This document shows, piece after piece, positions 10,901-20,038 of a DNA stretch of 64,000 bases. The notes beneath the pieces were generated by a model. It made no database searches. It was not told the DNA's origin and saw nothing but the letters and a program-made list of their open reading frames with translations. A program made the translations under genes and the position numbers. The stretch lies in assembly GCA_049324055.1 (NCBI GenBank), contig JBMOLS010000007.1, positions 32,493 to 96,492 of the forward strand. The letters run 5' to 3'. The DNA comes from Bacteroidota bacterium. GTDB lineage: Bacteria; Bacteroidota; Bacteroidia; Cytophagales; Cyclobacteriaceae. Every line of letters begins with the position of its first letter. Within the stretch, counting starts at the first letter, position 1.

Positions 10901-11485
10901 CTACACTTTCAGGCAGCCCCGAAACCCTCTTACGCCATAATATGATTCTGCTCCGTTGTGGTACACAAATACGTGGCCGAAGCGGTAGTCGCAGAAGAGG
11001 GCTCCCCCTAGTTTTCTGATATCGGCTGGTGTTAGAACCCAGCTCGATGTTTTTGCATCGAAGGTGCCTAGTTGCTGCAAAGCGCGGTATTCCTCTTCCG
11101 ATAGTATGTCGATACCCATTTCTTCGGCCATGTTAAGCGCGCTGTTTGCGGGTTTGTGTTCTTTCCTCGATTCAAGGGCCTCGTGATCGTAACAAATACT
11201 TCTGCGCCCCTTGGGCGTTTCGGCAGCACAGTCATAAAAAAGAAATTCACCCGTTTTTTTATCAACGCCCACCACATCGGGTTCGCCCCCCGTGGTTTCC
11301 ATCTGGTGAAGCGACCATAATTTCTCCGGCTTCGCTTTCAACCTCGTTTGCACCTCTGCCCACTTAATGCCTTTGTGCCGATTCATGTTTTTTTCGAAGC
11401 GGGCCTGCAGGGTTAGCAAAAGTTCATCGCGTTCGCTGGCCTGCAACGAACGGGCGGAAGGCTGTTTCTTTTTGGTGGATTTCAT
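10901..11485 (-). CDS. DUF4256 domain protein
   Basis: Lies in ORF 10901-11593. The start is moved to MKSTKKK (ATG 11485) to avoid overlapping the upstream gene. The sequence (HQMETTGGEPDVV...FYDCAAE...RRSICYD) matches my recollection of DUF4256. Confidence 0.6.
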   Translation of the reverse strand: MKSTKKKQPSARSLQASERDELLLTLQARFEKNMNRHKGIKWAEVQTRLKAKPEKLWSLHQMETTGGEPDVVGVDKKTGEFLFYDCAAETPKGRRSICYDHEALESRKEHKPANSALNMAEEMGIDILSEEEYRALQQLGTFDAKTSSWVLTPADIRKLGGALFCDYRFGHVFVYHNGAESYYGVRGFRGCLKV

Positions 11486-11544
11486 TTCTGCTGATCTGAT
11501 AGTGGAAGATTGTATTTTTTCGATTGCCGAGCAACGATTTTCCT

Positions 11545-11928
11545 TCAGTTTTTGGCTTGTGCCACCTTTCGGTCTGCCGGCCTGAAATACCATGAAACCA
11601 CGGTAAGCACCAGCAACAACGTTGGGCCAAACAAGTCGGCAGGCGCACTACCCGCAGCAACGTGCGAGTACACCGCGCCTGACATGGCGAAGAAAAAGCC
11701 CGCGTATGCCCATTCTTTCACCAGCGGAAATTTGGGAACCAGCACGGCAATTGAGCCCAATATTTTCCAGACACCCAACAACGTGAGGAAATAGGCAGGG
11801 TAGCCGAGTGCCAGTACAAATGCGATTTCTTCTTCCATCTGCAATAGCTGTACCACACCAGTGGATAACATTCCCAGGGCAAGCCATAGCGTGGCAACCC
11901 AATAGATAATCTTATTTCTTTTCGACAT
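11545..11928 (-). CDS. DoxX-like family membrane protein
   Basis: 127 aa with 4 predicted TM helices. Typical partner of SRPBCC/ArsR genes. Confidence 0.65.
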   Translation of the reverse strand: MSKRNKIIYWVATLWLALGMLSTGVVQLLQMEEEIAFVLALGYPAYFLTLLGVWKILGSIAVLVPKFPLVKEWAYAGFFFAMSGAVYSHVAAGSAPADLFGPTLLLVLTVVSWYFRPADRKVAQAKN

Positions 11929-11936
11929 AATAAATG

Positions 11937-12404
11937 TTATTTAAGTTTTTGAACGACTTCTTGCAGACGGTTGTGCGCCATGTTGAGCCCTTGAGCGAAA
12001 GGCATTTGCAACATCTGGTCTCGCAGCTCAATCGACCGGTATACGATCTGCATGGTGAGCTTACTGGTGTCTTCCGTTAGTTTTTCGAATTCGAAGAACT
12101 CCAGTTGCACATCAAATGGCGTGTTCTCCATTTCGAACGTGCGTATGATTTTTTTATTGGGAATAAACTCATGAAACACGCCACTCGCCTGGAACACAAC
12201 ATTGCCCTGCGGATCGCTTGTTTCGAAACGCCAGCTACCGTGCTTCTTGTTTTCCAACCTTACTACTTTGGTGCTCATCCACTGGGCAACTATCTCGGGA
12301 TCTTCATGGGCTTTGAACAATAGGTGAACGGGCAGATCGAATGTGCGGGTGATGGTGAGTTCTTGCCGTCCGTTTTCGGCTTCTACTTTTGTTTTGTGTG
12401 CCAT
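11937..12404 (-). CDS. SRPBCC (AHSA1/Aha1-like) domain protein
   Basis: 155 aa. Starts 1 nt downstream of the ArsR-family gene. Sequence pattern ELTITRTFDLPVHLLFKAHEDPEIVAQW. Confidence 0.7.
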   Translation of the reverse strand: MAHKTKVEAENGRQELTITRTFDLPVHLLFKAHEDPEIVAQWMSTKVVRLENKKHGSWRFETSDPQGNVVFQASGVFHEFIPNKKIIRTFEMENTPFDVQLEFFEFEKLTEDTSKLTMQIVYRSIELRDQMLQMPFAQGLNMAHNRLQEVVQKLK

Positions 12405-12405
12405 C

Positions 12406-12729
12406 TTATTTGCTTTTGTGTTTTTTCATGATGTGCTCCAATTTGCTGAACCTGTCTTCCCACATGTTGCGGAACGGCTCAATGAAGTCGGCTATCTCCT
12501 TGAATTTTTTTGGATTGAGATGATAGTGGATTTCCCGTCCGCTTTGTTCTTGTTTCAGCAACTCACATTCGGTTAGTATCTGCAAATGCCTGGAAACCGT
12601 AGGGCGTGCTGTGTCGAAATTAGATGCAATGGCACCGGCCGTCATCGAAGGCGAAGCAGCCAACAACAGCAGAATGGCCCTGCGCGTAGGGTCGGCAATG
12701 GCCTGAAAAACGTCTCGCCTTAAATTCAT
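12406..12729 (-). CDS. ArsR/SmtB-family transcriptional regulator
   Basis: 107 aa. [16 protein letters not shown] ... TVSRHLQIL is the ArsR wHTH signature. Confidence 0.85.
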   Translation of the reverse strand: MNLRRDVFQAIADPTRRAILLLLAASPSMTAGAIASNFDTARPTVSRHLQILTECELLKQEQSGREIHYHLNPKKFKEIADFIEPFRNMWEDRFSKLEHIMKKHKSK

Positions 12730-12776
12730 TGTGTAGCTATTTGACTACAAATATATGTAGCCAAATAGCTACACAA
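12729..12776. promoter_or_regulatory. 48-bp near-perfect palindrome (two TGTAGC/GCTACA inverted-repeat sites), putative ArsR-family operator
   Basis: ttgtgtagctatttg (12729-12743) is the exact reverse complement of caaatagctacacaa (12762-12776), and the centre is also palindromic. The sub-sites are tgtagctatttgactaca (12732-12749) and tgtagccaaatagctaca (12756-12773). The palindrome starts at the ATG of the ArsR-like gene. Confidence 0.6.
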
Positions 12777-12798
12777 AGTATTTAGGTGAAATTATTTT

Positions 12799-13461
12799 CT
12801 AACGTGATGTTACGATATTCCTTACATCGCCTAAACGGTGTAGCAGGTAATCTGGCTGAGCGGCCAGCAAGGTATGCCGGCTTTGGGTGCCCGAAAGAAC
12901 GGCAGCCGTAAGGGCGCCCGCGTTCTTGCCTTCCGCTACATCTGCGGCTGTATCGCCTACCTTTAATAAGGTAGTTGGCGTTCGAATGCCCACCCGTTGC
13001 AGCATCAATATAATCATGTCGGGGTGGGGGCGTCCGCGCAGGTTGGGCCCGGGTGTTCCTACAAAATCGAAACGAGACGGAGCCCACCCAATATGGCGGA
13101 GTAACAAATCCAGGAGTTCAGCAGGTAAGCCCGAGCCCAGGCCCAGCCGGATGCCTTGCCCGTTCAGGAAGTCGAAGAGTGGTGCGGCCTCCGGGTGGGC
13201 CTCAAAGGCCGATACTTGTTTTTCCACCCGCTTTACAAAATCATCGAAAAGTGTTTTTACCATTGCGGATGGCAGCCCGTGGTGTGTAACCAGGCGAGCA
13301 ATCATTTCTTTTTTATCCAGGCCACGGTTGGCAGTAATCAATTCCGGATCGGGGCTCAAACCATGTGCCTGGAAGGCAGCATCAAAACATTGGCTGATCA
13401 CAGTGTGGTCTTTCTCCAATACCGTGGTACCAACCACATCGAATAGCACTGCCTGAATCAT
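12799..13461 (-). CDS. HAD-superfamily hydrolase (phosphonatase-like subfamily)
   Basis: 220 aa. Motif I is at the N-terminus (VLFDVVGTTV), with a VGDTAADV motif near the C-terminus. Confidence 0.75.
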   Translation of the reverse strand: MIQAVLFDVVGTTVLEKDHTVISQCFDAAFQAHGLSPDPELITANRGLDKKEMIARLVTHHGLPSAMVKTLFDDFVKRVEKQVSAFEAHPEAAPLFDFLNGQGIRLGLGSGLPAELLDLLLRHIGWAPSRFDFVGTPGPNLRGRPHPDMIILMLQRVGIRTPTTLLKVGDTAADVAEGKNAGALTAAVLSGTQSRHTLLAAQPDYLLHRLGDVRNIVTSR

Positions 13462-13498
13462 TCGACAAATGTATTCGAATGATGCGAAAGTGGGTGGC

Positions 13499-14098
13499 TC
13501 AATACACGTTCATTCCTAAAATAATGTCGCGCCTGCCCTCCCAAACTCCATGGGTATTTTTTCTGACTGTAATAATGCCGCTGCCTCCTCTTTTTTGCTG
13601 CCCGTTGCGCACGCGCGTGGTTACCAGTTGGTCGTCATCAAACAGGTAATCGTCTATCCAGTAGTAGCGTCCGTCTGGTTCCATCACAATCGGGTGGATG
13701 TGCGCAGGATCTGTTCTGCCCGGGTAGGCGGCCGGGCGGATGGTGGTAAACTCGTAGCGCCCGTTGTAGTCGGTTTTAACCCAGCCCCGCAGCGCGCCAT
13801 GTTTTCTTGCATTCTTTTGGTTATCGCCAGGCGCATAGATGCCGTGGTGGTTGGTGTGGTACACATATAAAATTACATGGGGAGCCGGTGTCTTTCCATC
13901 GCGTTGATAGATGGTGCCGCGGATGACCAAAGGTTCCCCGGGTGTGCTGGCAGACCCCAGCCGGGTAGACCACGAGGGTTGCGCAGGCATATCGGCAAAC
14001 ATCAGTTCGCAATCTTCGCACGAACCGACACTTTTGCCTGACTGTGCCATGGACAGCCCGCAGGCCAACAGGAATGTTATTGTGGTGAGTAATCGCAT
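13499..14098 (-). CDS. secreted intradiol ring-cleavage dioxygenase-like protein
   Basis: Lies in ORF 13499-14221. The start is moved to MRLLTTITFLLACGLSMAQ (ATG 14098), which gives a signal peptide. The segments YVYHTNHHGIY ... RPAAYPGRTDPAHIHP resemble the dioxygenase_C fold. Confidence 0.6.
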   Translation of the reverse strand: MRLLTTITFLLACGLSMAQSGKSVGSCEDCELMFADMPAQPSWSTRLGSASTPGEPLVIRGTIYQRDGKTPAPHVILYVYHTNHHGIYAPGDNQKNARKHGALRGWVKTDYNGRYEFTTIRPAAYPGRTDPAHIHPIVMEPDGRYYWIDDYLFDDDQLVTTRVRNGQQKRGGSGIITVRKNTHGVWEGRRDIILGMNVY

Positions 14099-14250
14099 AG
14101 ATAGAAGGTGTTTTTGATGAGTACTTCTAACGGTATGGGGCCTGGTTCGCTGTGCCCATAGGGCAACTGGTTGGTTTTTCTTGACGAAATGCACGGAATG
14201 CGCTCTTCTTCTTACAGCCAAATCCGTTAAATTGAAGGTTGTAAAATGCC

Positions 14251-15285
14251 ATGAACCTTTTCTGGAAATACAAGGGCGATCATATTCTTTTCTGGACAGT
14301 AACAGTTGGCTTCCATGTTTATACGCGCTTGTATGTAGCGGAGACGGCAGGCTGGGGCCACTTTCTCTTCGAGGTAGTGCTGCGTAATGGGCTGCTGGCC
14401 ATGGTTATCTACGCCCATTTGGAGTATCTGGTGCCGGTGTGGGCACAACAACAAAAGTGGGTGCCCTACCTGCTGGGGTTGCTGCTATGTTTTGCGTTCT
14501 ATGTGCTGGTAAAAAATACCCACGACTATTACCTGAATGTTTTTACAGGTAAGATGCCGTTGCCCTTCTGGCGATATTCCTTTTACAATTTCTCCATCGC
14601 TCTTTTCTACCTCACTTTTGCACTTGCCTTGCAGCTAAGTAAAGAGTGGTATTTTCAACGCAAGCGCTTGCGCGAAATGGAATTGGAGAAGCTGCAGACC
14701 GAATTGGAGTACCTCAAATCCCAGATTAATCCGCACTTTTTGTTTAACTCGCTCAACACCATTTTTTTTCAGATTGATAAGAATAACCTCGTGGCACGCG
14801 AAACGCTCACCAAATTTTCCGACATGCTGCGCTTTCAACTGTATGAATGCAACGGCCACGCCATTGCGCTGCAGCGCGAAACGGAATACCTGCGGCACTA
14901 TGTCGATCTACAACGCCTGCGCAAAGACCATCGTTACCACATCACTTTCGCCACAGAAGGGGAGTTGCAGAACCGGAACATCGCGCCATTGTTGCTGATG
15001 CCATTGGTGGAAAACGCATTCAAGCACGTATCGCACTTTCCGCAAGGAGACAACCGCATTGCGCTGAAGCTTCTGGTCCGCGATGGCGCCATTGAGTTTG
15101 TGGCACAAAACACACGCGAAACAAGGGTGCAAAGAACCGAACCGGGAGGCATTGGTCTCCGTAACCTGCAGCGGAGGTTAGAGTTGCAGTATCCCCATCG
15201 CCACCGGCTGGAGATAGTTGAAACCACCCGGGAATTTGAAGTACGGTTAACACTCATGGAAGAAAAAACAATAGATCAATCGTAA
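14251..15285 (+). CDS. sensor histidine kinase, LytS/YehU-type (His_kinase domain)
   Basis: 344 aa with N-terminal TM helices. The motif QINPHFLFNSLNTIFF is followed by an HATPase region (PLVENAFKH, GGIGLRNL). Confidence 0.85.
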   Translation: MNLFWKYKGDHILFWTVTVGFHVYTRLYVAETAGWGHFLFEVVLRNGLLAMVIYAHLEYLVPVWAQQQKWVPYLLGLLLCFAFYVLVKNTHDYYLNVFTGKMPLPFWRYSFYNFSIALFYLTFALALQLSKEWYFQRKRLREMELEKLQTELEYLKSQINPHFLFNSLNTIFFQIDKNNLVARETLTKFSDMLRFQLYECNGHAIALQRETEYLRHYVDLQRLRKDHRYHITFATEGELQNRNIAPLLLMPLVENAFKHVSHFPQGDNRIALKLLVRDGAIEFVAQNTRETRVQRTEPGGIGLRNLQRRLELQYPHRHRLEIVETTREFEVRLTLMEEKTIDQS

Positions 15286-15995
15286 TGGCATTGCAAGTAT
15301 TGATAGTGGACGATGAACCTGTGGCCCGCGAGGGCATGGCAGAATACGTGAAGGAAGTGCCGTTTCTGCAGGTGGCAGGTCAATGCAGCCATGCGGCAGA
15401 GGCGGCCGATGTACTGACACGCCATCAAATTGATCTGATGCTGCTCGATATACACATGCCGCGCCTGTCGGGACTGGAGTGGCTCAAGACATTGAGCCAT
15501 CCACCGATGGTAATCTTTACAACTGCCTTTGGCGAATATGCGTTGGAAGGTTATGCCCTGGATGTAATCGATTACCTGGTGAAGCCGATACCTTTTCCCA
15601 GATTTCTGAAAGCGGTGCAAAAAGCCTACGACTTTCACCAGCTGAAGGCGAAACCCGCCATGAGTACGCCAGAATTTTTCTTTGTGAAAAGCAATGGAAA
15701 ATTCGAGCGTGTTTTCTTTCGCGATTTGCTGTACGTGGAGGCAATGCAGAACTACATAGTGTTACACCTGCCAGGGCAGAAGCTGATTGTGTACATGACG
15801 CTGAGCGGAATTGAGTCTGCCTTGCCGCCAAGCGATTTTTTGAAAGTGCACAAAAGTTTTATCGTGGCCATTGCGCAGGTGCAAGCCATTGAAAACAACG
15901 AAGTGCTCATACGCGGAGCACGCATCCCCATCAGCCGCAGCCTGCGCGAGGAGGTGGTGCACCGCATAATGGGCAATAACCTGCTGAGCCGCTAG
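15285..15995 (+). CDS. LytTR-family response regulator
   Basis: 236 aa. The receiver domain has VLIVDDEP and LLDIHMP. The C-terminal LytTR domain has FFRDLLYVEA...Y and SFLKVHKSFIV. It overlaps the kinase stop by 1 nt. Confidence 0.9.
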   Translation: MALQVLIVDDEPVAREGMAEYVKEVPFLQVAGQCSHAAEAADVLTRHQIDLMLLDIHMPRLSGLEWLKTLSHPPMVIFTTAFGEYALEGYALDVIDYLVKPIPFPRFLKAVQKAYDFHQLKAKPAMSTPEFFFVKSNGKFERVFFRDLLYVEAMQNYIVLHLPGQKLIVYMTLSGIESALPPSDFLKVHKSFIVAIAQVQAIENNEVLIRGARIPISRSLREEVVHRIMGNNLLSR

Positions 15996-16007
15996 TTCGT
16001 CCTTGCC

Positions 16008-18467
16008 TTACTCGTAGCGCAACGTATGGGCCGGGTTGGTGCGTGCCGCACGGATGGTTTGCATACTTACGGTTAGCAAGGCCACCACCACTGCAGCTAT
16101 GGCCGACAGCAGGTAAGCCACCACGCTCATGTTAATGTGGTAGGCAAAAGAGTGCAGCCATTGGTTCATAAAATACCACGCGATGGGCCACGCAAGCAAA
16201 TTGGCAATCAGTATAAGCGATACAATTTCTTTAGAGAGCAGGGCCAGAATGCTCGGCACCGAGGCGCCCATCACTTTGCGGATGCCAATCTCCTTCACAC
16301 GTTGCATGGTGTTGAAGGTGGCCAGCCCGAACAAGCCCAGGCAGGCTATGAAGATGGCCATGGCAGCGAAAATGGTAAAGAGCTTTCCTTCCTTTTGCTC
16401 CGCTTCATAGAGGCGGGCATAGCGGTCGTCCATAAATTGGTACTCGTAGGGAATGCCCGGCAACATACGTTTCCAGATGTCTTCCAGGTGGGCTAACCCG
16501 TCTTGCATTTGGTTGCCCGCAATCTTTACGGATAGAAAGTTGGTGCCTCCCTGGCGGGTAGGTACAAAAATCATCGGGGCTACTTCCTGGTGCAAAGATT
16601 CGAAATGAAAATCCTTCACGATGCCGATCAGCTTGCCGGTAGTGCCACCATAGCCAAAGTCTTTGCCTACGCCTTCTTCGGGTGTCTGCCAGCCGATGGC
16701 TTTGGCTGCCGCTTCGTTGATGACAAAGGCCAGAGAGTCGTCTGTGGGTATGTCTCTTGAAAACGTGCGGCCAGCGGCCAGTTCAATGCCATAGGTATCG
16801 AAGAACTCGTGATCCACAGCCACGTATTTCAGGTTTACACCCGTGTTTACCAGGCTGTCGCCTTTTACAATGGTGCTGCCGCTGCCTTGCGAATCCAGTA
16901 AACGACCGGTGGGAATGCGCGAAGAGCGACCCACATTTTTGATGGACGAAGACAACAGCATTTCATTGTAGAAGGCATCGTACTGGTCGTTTAACAAGCC
17001 GTAGTAGGTAAGGGTAATCACCTGGTTGCGGTCGTAGCCTAAGTCGCGGTTGTTCAGGTAGCTCAGTTGCTGAAAGGTGATGGCGGTGGCAATGATAAGC
17101 ACAATGCTGATAGAAAACTGCGCCACCACCAGTGTTTTGCGCAGTGCGCCTTTGCCTTTCACCGATCCTTGCTGTCCTTTCAGCACCAGGGCTGGCTTAA
17201 AGCCGGATACCACAAATGCAGGATAGATGCCAGCCAAAAGACCTACCGTTAGCGCAAACAGCACCAGGCCGGCCGCCAGTTTCCAGTTGGCAAGCAAGTC
17301 CAGCACCAGCCCCTTGCCGGTGAACTGGTTCAGCCAGTCTATCGCTACCCACGCGATGCCCAAAGCCAGCAAAAGCGAGAAGAGTGCGATGAGGGTGGAT
17401 TCGCTCAGGTATTGGGTAATGAGTTGATTTTTGAAGGCGCCCACCACCTTGCGCAACCCCACCTCTTTGGCGCGCTTGGTAGCCCGCGCAGTAGACAGGT
17501 TGATGAAGTTAAAGCAGGCGATGAGGATGATGAAGACACCAATCACGGCCATCATGTACACATTGTTGATGTTGCCATTTACTTCTATTTCGTCATCCAG
17601 GTGCGAACGCAGGTGCACATCGGTCACCTTCTGCAGCGTCAGTTCAGTAACCCGTGAGGCCACAAAGTCGGGAGATACGCCAAAGTTGGCGCGCGCATAG
17701 GTGCCGTAATGCTTATCTAAAAACTCGGGAAAGCGCTGGGCCACGTTCTGGGGCTGGGTGCCTTCTGCCAGCAACAGGTAGGTAGTGAAGGCATTGTTGC
17801 CCCAGTTGGTTTCCAAACCACTGCGTCCATAAATGTTATCGTCTTCTAAGGTAACAAACGACACCAGGAAATCGGGGTGCCAATGTGTTTGCAAGGGGAA
17901 ATTTTTGAACACGCCCGTTACTTCGATATCCAGCGCGTTGTTGAAGCGCAGCCGCTTGCCCACAATGTTGGTGGAATTGAAATAACGCATAGCCGTTTCT
18001 TCGGAGAGCATGACCGTAAACGGCCGCAGAAAATCGCGGGCGGGGTCGCCAGAGATGACGTTGATATCGAAAATTTTGAACAGGTTGGGTTCAGCCAGGA
18101 AAAGGTCGTTTTCCCTGAAGGACTTGATCTCGCCATTTTCTTCGAGGCCCACCACCGTGTTATACTGCAGGGTGCGCGCCATCAGTTCAATTTCACCGAA
18201 GTCGTTCTTCAGCAGCGGCCCAATGGGAGGGGCCACACTGGAAAGGTGTAGCCGTGGGTTGCGCTCGTTGTCGTAGAAGATGCGGGTAACGCGGTAAATA
18301 CGGTCAGCGTGTGTATGGTAGCGATCGTAGCTCAGTTCATCGACCACAAAAAGGTAAATCAACACGGCACCCGCCATGGCCAGGGCCAGGCCCGATATGT
18401 TGATGAAGGCCGTGAGCTTGTTGCGAAAGATGGAGCGCAGCGCCACCTTGATGTAGTTTTCTATCAT
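16008..18467 (-). CDS. FtsX-family ABC-transporter permease, MacB-like duplicated type (819 aa), paralog of 1977-4409
   Basis: Same architecture and motifs as the 1977-4409 gene (KEVGLRKVVGA and KEIGIRKVMGAS before the two FtsX modules). No ATPase partner is nearby. Confidence 0.85.
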   Translation of the reverse strand: MIENYIKVALRSIFRNKLTAFINISGLALAMAGAVLIYLFVVDELSYDRYHTHADRIYRVTRIFYDNERNPRLHLSSVAPPIGPLLKNDFGEIELMARTLQYNTVVGLEENGEIKSFRENDLFLAEPNLFKIFDINVISGDPARDFLRPFTVMLSEETAMRYFNSTNIVGKRLRFNNALDIEVTGVFKNFPLQTHWHPDFLVSFVTLEDDNIYGRSGLETNWGNNAFTTYLLLAEGTQPQNVAQRFPEFLDKHYGTYARANFGVSPDFVASRVTELTLQKVTDVHLRSHLDDEIEVNGNINNVYMMAVIGVFIILIACFNFINLSTARATKRAKEVGLRKVVGAFKNQLITQYLSESTLIALFSLLLALGIAWVAIDWLNQFTGKGLVLDLLANWKLAAGLVLFALTVGLLAGIYPAFVVSGFKPALVLKGQQGSVKGKGALRKTLVVAQFSISIVLIIATAITFQQLSYLNNRDLGYDRNQVITLTYYGLLNDQYDAFYNEMLLSSSIKNVGRSSRIPTGRLLDSQGSGSTIVKGDSLVNTGVNLKYVAVDHEFFDTYGIELAAGRTFSRDIPTDDSLAFVINEAAAKAIGWQTPEEGVGKDFGYGGTTGKLIGIVKDFHFESLHQEVAPMIFVPTRQGGTNFLSVKIAGNQMQDGLAHLEDIWKRMLPGIPYEYQFMDDRYARLYEAEQKEGKLFTIFAAMAIFIACLGLFGLATFNTMQRVKEIGIRKVMGASVPSILALLSKEIVSLILIANLLAWPIAWYFMNQWLHSFAYHINMSVVAYLLSAIAAVVVALLTVSMQTIRAARTNPAHTLRYE

Positions 18468-18543
18468 AACAAATCTGTTGAGGCAGTTTTTCTTGTTCGG
18501 TTCTTATCTTAGACAACACGGTTTCACCGAGGTTGCACCCGGG

Positions 18544-18987
18544 TCAATTGTTTTTTGTGGGTGGTGGACTTTGCCACACAATGTTGGTGATGAGCCAGCG
18601 GCCATCGTATTGGGCCAACTGAAAATAGTCGGTGCCCCATTGCGCGGTTAGTTTGCCGCAGGCGGTCTGATCTTGCACATCGAAAATTTCGATTTGGCGT
18701 GGTGCATCGGCCGGCAACGTTTTTTTGATGTTCCATTTGCCTGCCAGTTCATACAGTTGCGTGTACGTCATGATGGACTCTGGCTGATAGTCGGGTTTGT
18801 CTTGCGGACGCCAGAACCCTTTTTTGGTAAGTTGTGGATGGACGCTTCGCTGGATGCGTTCGGGTTGCACCAGGTAAAGTGCGTCTACATAATCTTCAAT
18901 GGCGGCATAGACCAGTTCGCGATCGGTTTGCGCGTGGGCGGCCGGAAGCCAGCAAAGGGCAGCCGCCAGTATGAGTAACTTCTGCAT
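18544..18987 (-). CDS. secreted NTF2-like (putative lumazine-binding-like) protein
   Basis: 147 aa. Signal peptide MQKLLILAAALCWLPAAHAQ. The pattern AIEDYVDALY...GKLTAQWGTDYFQLAQYDGRWLI is typical of this small NTF2-fold family. Confidence 0.55.
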   Translation of the reverse strand: MQKLLILAAALCWLPAAHAQTDRELVYAAIEDYVDALYLVQPERIQRSVHPQLTKKGFWRPQDKPDYQPESIMTYTQLYELAGKWNIKKTLPADAPRQIEIFDVQDQTACGKLTAQWGTDYFQLAQYDGRWLITNIVWQSPPPTKNN

Positions 18988-19221
18988 GGTAAAGGTTTTA
19001 ATTTAATCAGTGTTATGCCAAAACCCGGCCATGGGCGGAAAACATCCAAAAAGGGCCATGGGCGCCTGGAGGCTGTTCGCGGGCGTTCAGCCATCGGCCG
19101 CAGTCGGACTACCCCAAACCGTGGCGGCAAGACACCTCCGGGCTGCTACTCCATCCCCGAAAGGGCACCAAAAGACCCAAAACCGGGGACTCGAAAACGC
19201 ATAAACTTTGCCTTATTTCGT

Positions 19222-19229
19222 TATTTTTG
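19222..19229 (+). promoter_or_regulatory. Bacteroidota -7 promoter box (exact TAnnTTTG: tatttttg)
   Basis: An exact match to the consensus, 24 nt upstream of ATG 19253. Such 8-mers also occur by chance in AT-rich spacers. Confidence 0.3.
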
Positions 19230-19252
19230 CTAATTGTGCTTACCTCACAGTA

Positions 19253-19972
19253 ATGAATAAAGGGCTTTATCTATGGTTAGGCTTGTGGATGGTGGCGAGT
19301 GCGTGTACCCAACGCCTGATTTGCCCTGCCTACCAAAGTGCCTTTATCTACGACAAAGAAGCGCTTCGTAAGAAATTCAGCTACTTCAAGGAGGATTCCA
19401 CACCCAAAATTCTGACGGCCAGCAAAAACAAGTACCTGGTGGCAGTGCCTGAATCGTACCGCAAGAAGCTGCGCAACCTGCAAACTGTGGAGATGAAGCC
19501 GGTGTATCCGGTGATTCCCGATTCACTGAAACTGGACAAAGGAGGCGACCAACTGATGGCCGAAATGGACGTGGTGCCCGACAGTGCCGCGGCCCAGCCC
19601 ATGGACAGTGTCTACGCCATTACCAAAACCAAAGAGAAATACAACGTAGACCAGGATATCTACATGTGGTACTTCCGCGATATCCTGGTGCTGCCCGATG
19701 TGCGTGCCGCCATGCAGCAGCGCGATGAATCGCGCAAAGAAAATGAAAAAGAGGGGGGGCCTAAGGAGAAGAAGGGCTTCTTCTCCTTCCTGAAAAAGAA
19801 AAAGGCAGATTCGCTGGCGGTGGACGAGCCCAAAGATGCGCCTGCAGATAGTTTATCTACACGCCCGGCACGCAAGGGGCTGTTTAACAAGAAAAACAAA
19901 CCAAAGAAACAAGAGTCTACACCTAAGAAGGAACCGGCCAAGCGAGAGGAAGACGAGGATGATGGCTTTTAA
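19253..19972 (+). CDS. hypothetical lipoprotein with Lys/Glu-rich low-complexity tail
   Basis: Lies in ORF 19208-19972. The start is moved to MNKGLYLWLGLWMVASAC, which gives a lipobox. The C-terminal ~90 aa are KE-rich (KKKKADS...KKNKPKKQESTPKKEPAKREEDEDD). Confidence 0.6.
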   Translation: MNKGLYLWLGLWMVASACTQRLICPAYQSAFIYDKEALRKKFSYFKEDSTPKILTASKNKYLVAVPESYRKKLRNLQTVEMKPVYPVIPDSLKLDKGGDQLMAEMDVVPDSAAAQPMDSVYAITKTKEKYNVDQDIYMWYFRDILVLPDVRAAMQQRDESRKENEKEGGPKEKKGFFSFLKKKKADSLAVDEPKDAPADSLSTRPARKGLFNKKNKPKKQESTPKKEPAKREEDEDDGF

Positions 19973-20038
19973 TGGTTTATGAAAGTCAGGCGTACCAGAG
20001 CGACCTCGCTGACAACGGATTTTGAAAAAACAGAGGCG

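Noticed and set aside
19015-19233. 72-aa highly basic ORF (MPKPGHGRKTSKKGHGR...) in the GC-rich spacer.
   Set aside because: The composition is unlike real small basic proteins, and it overlaps the promoter box of the downstream lipoprotein gene. The region is reported only as an unexplained spacer.
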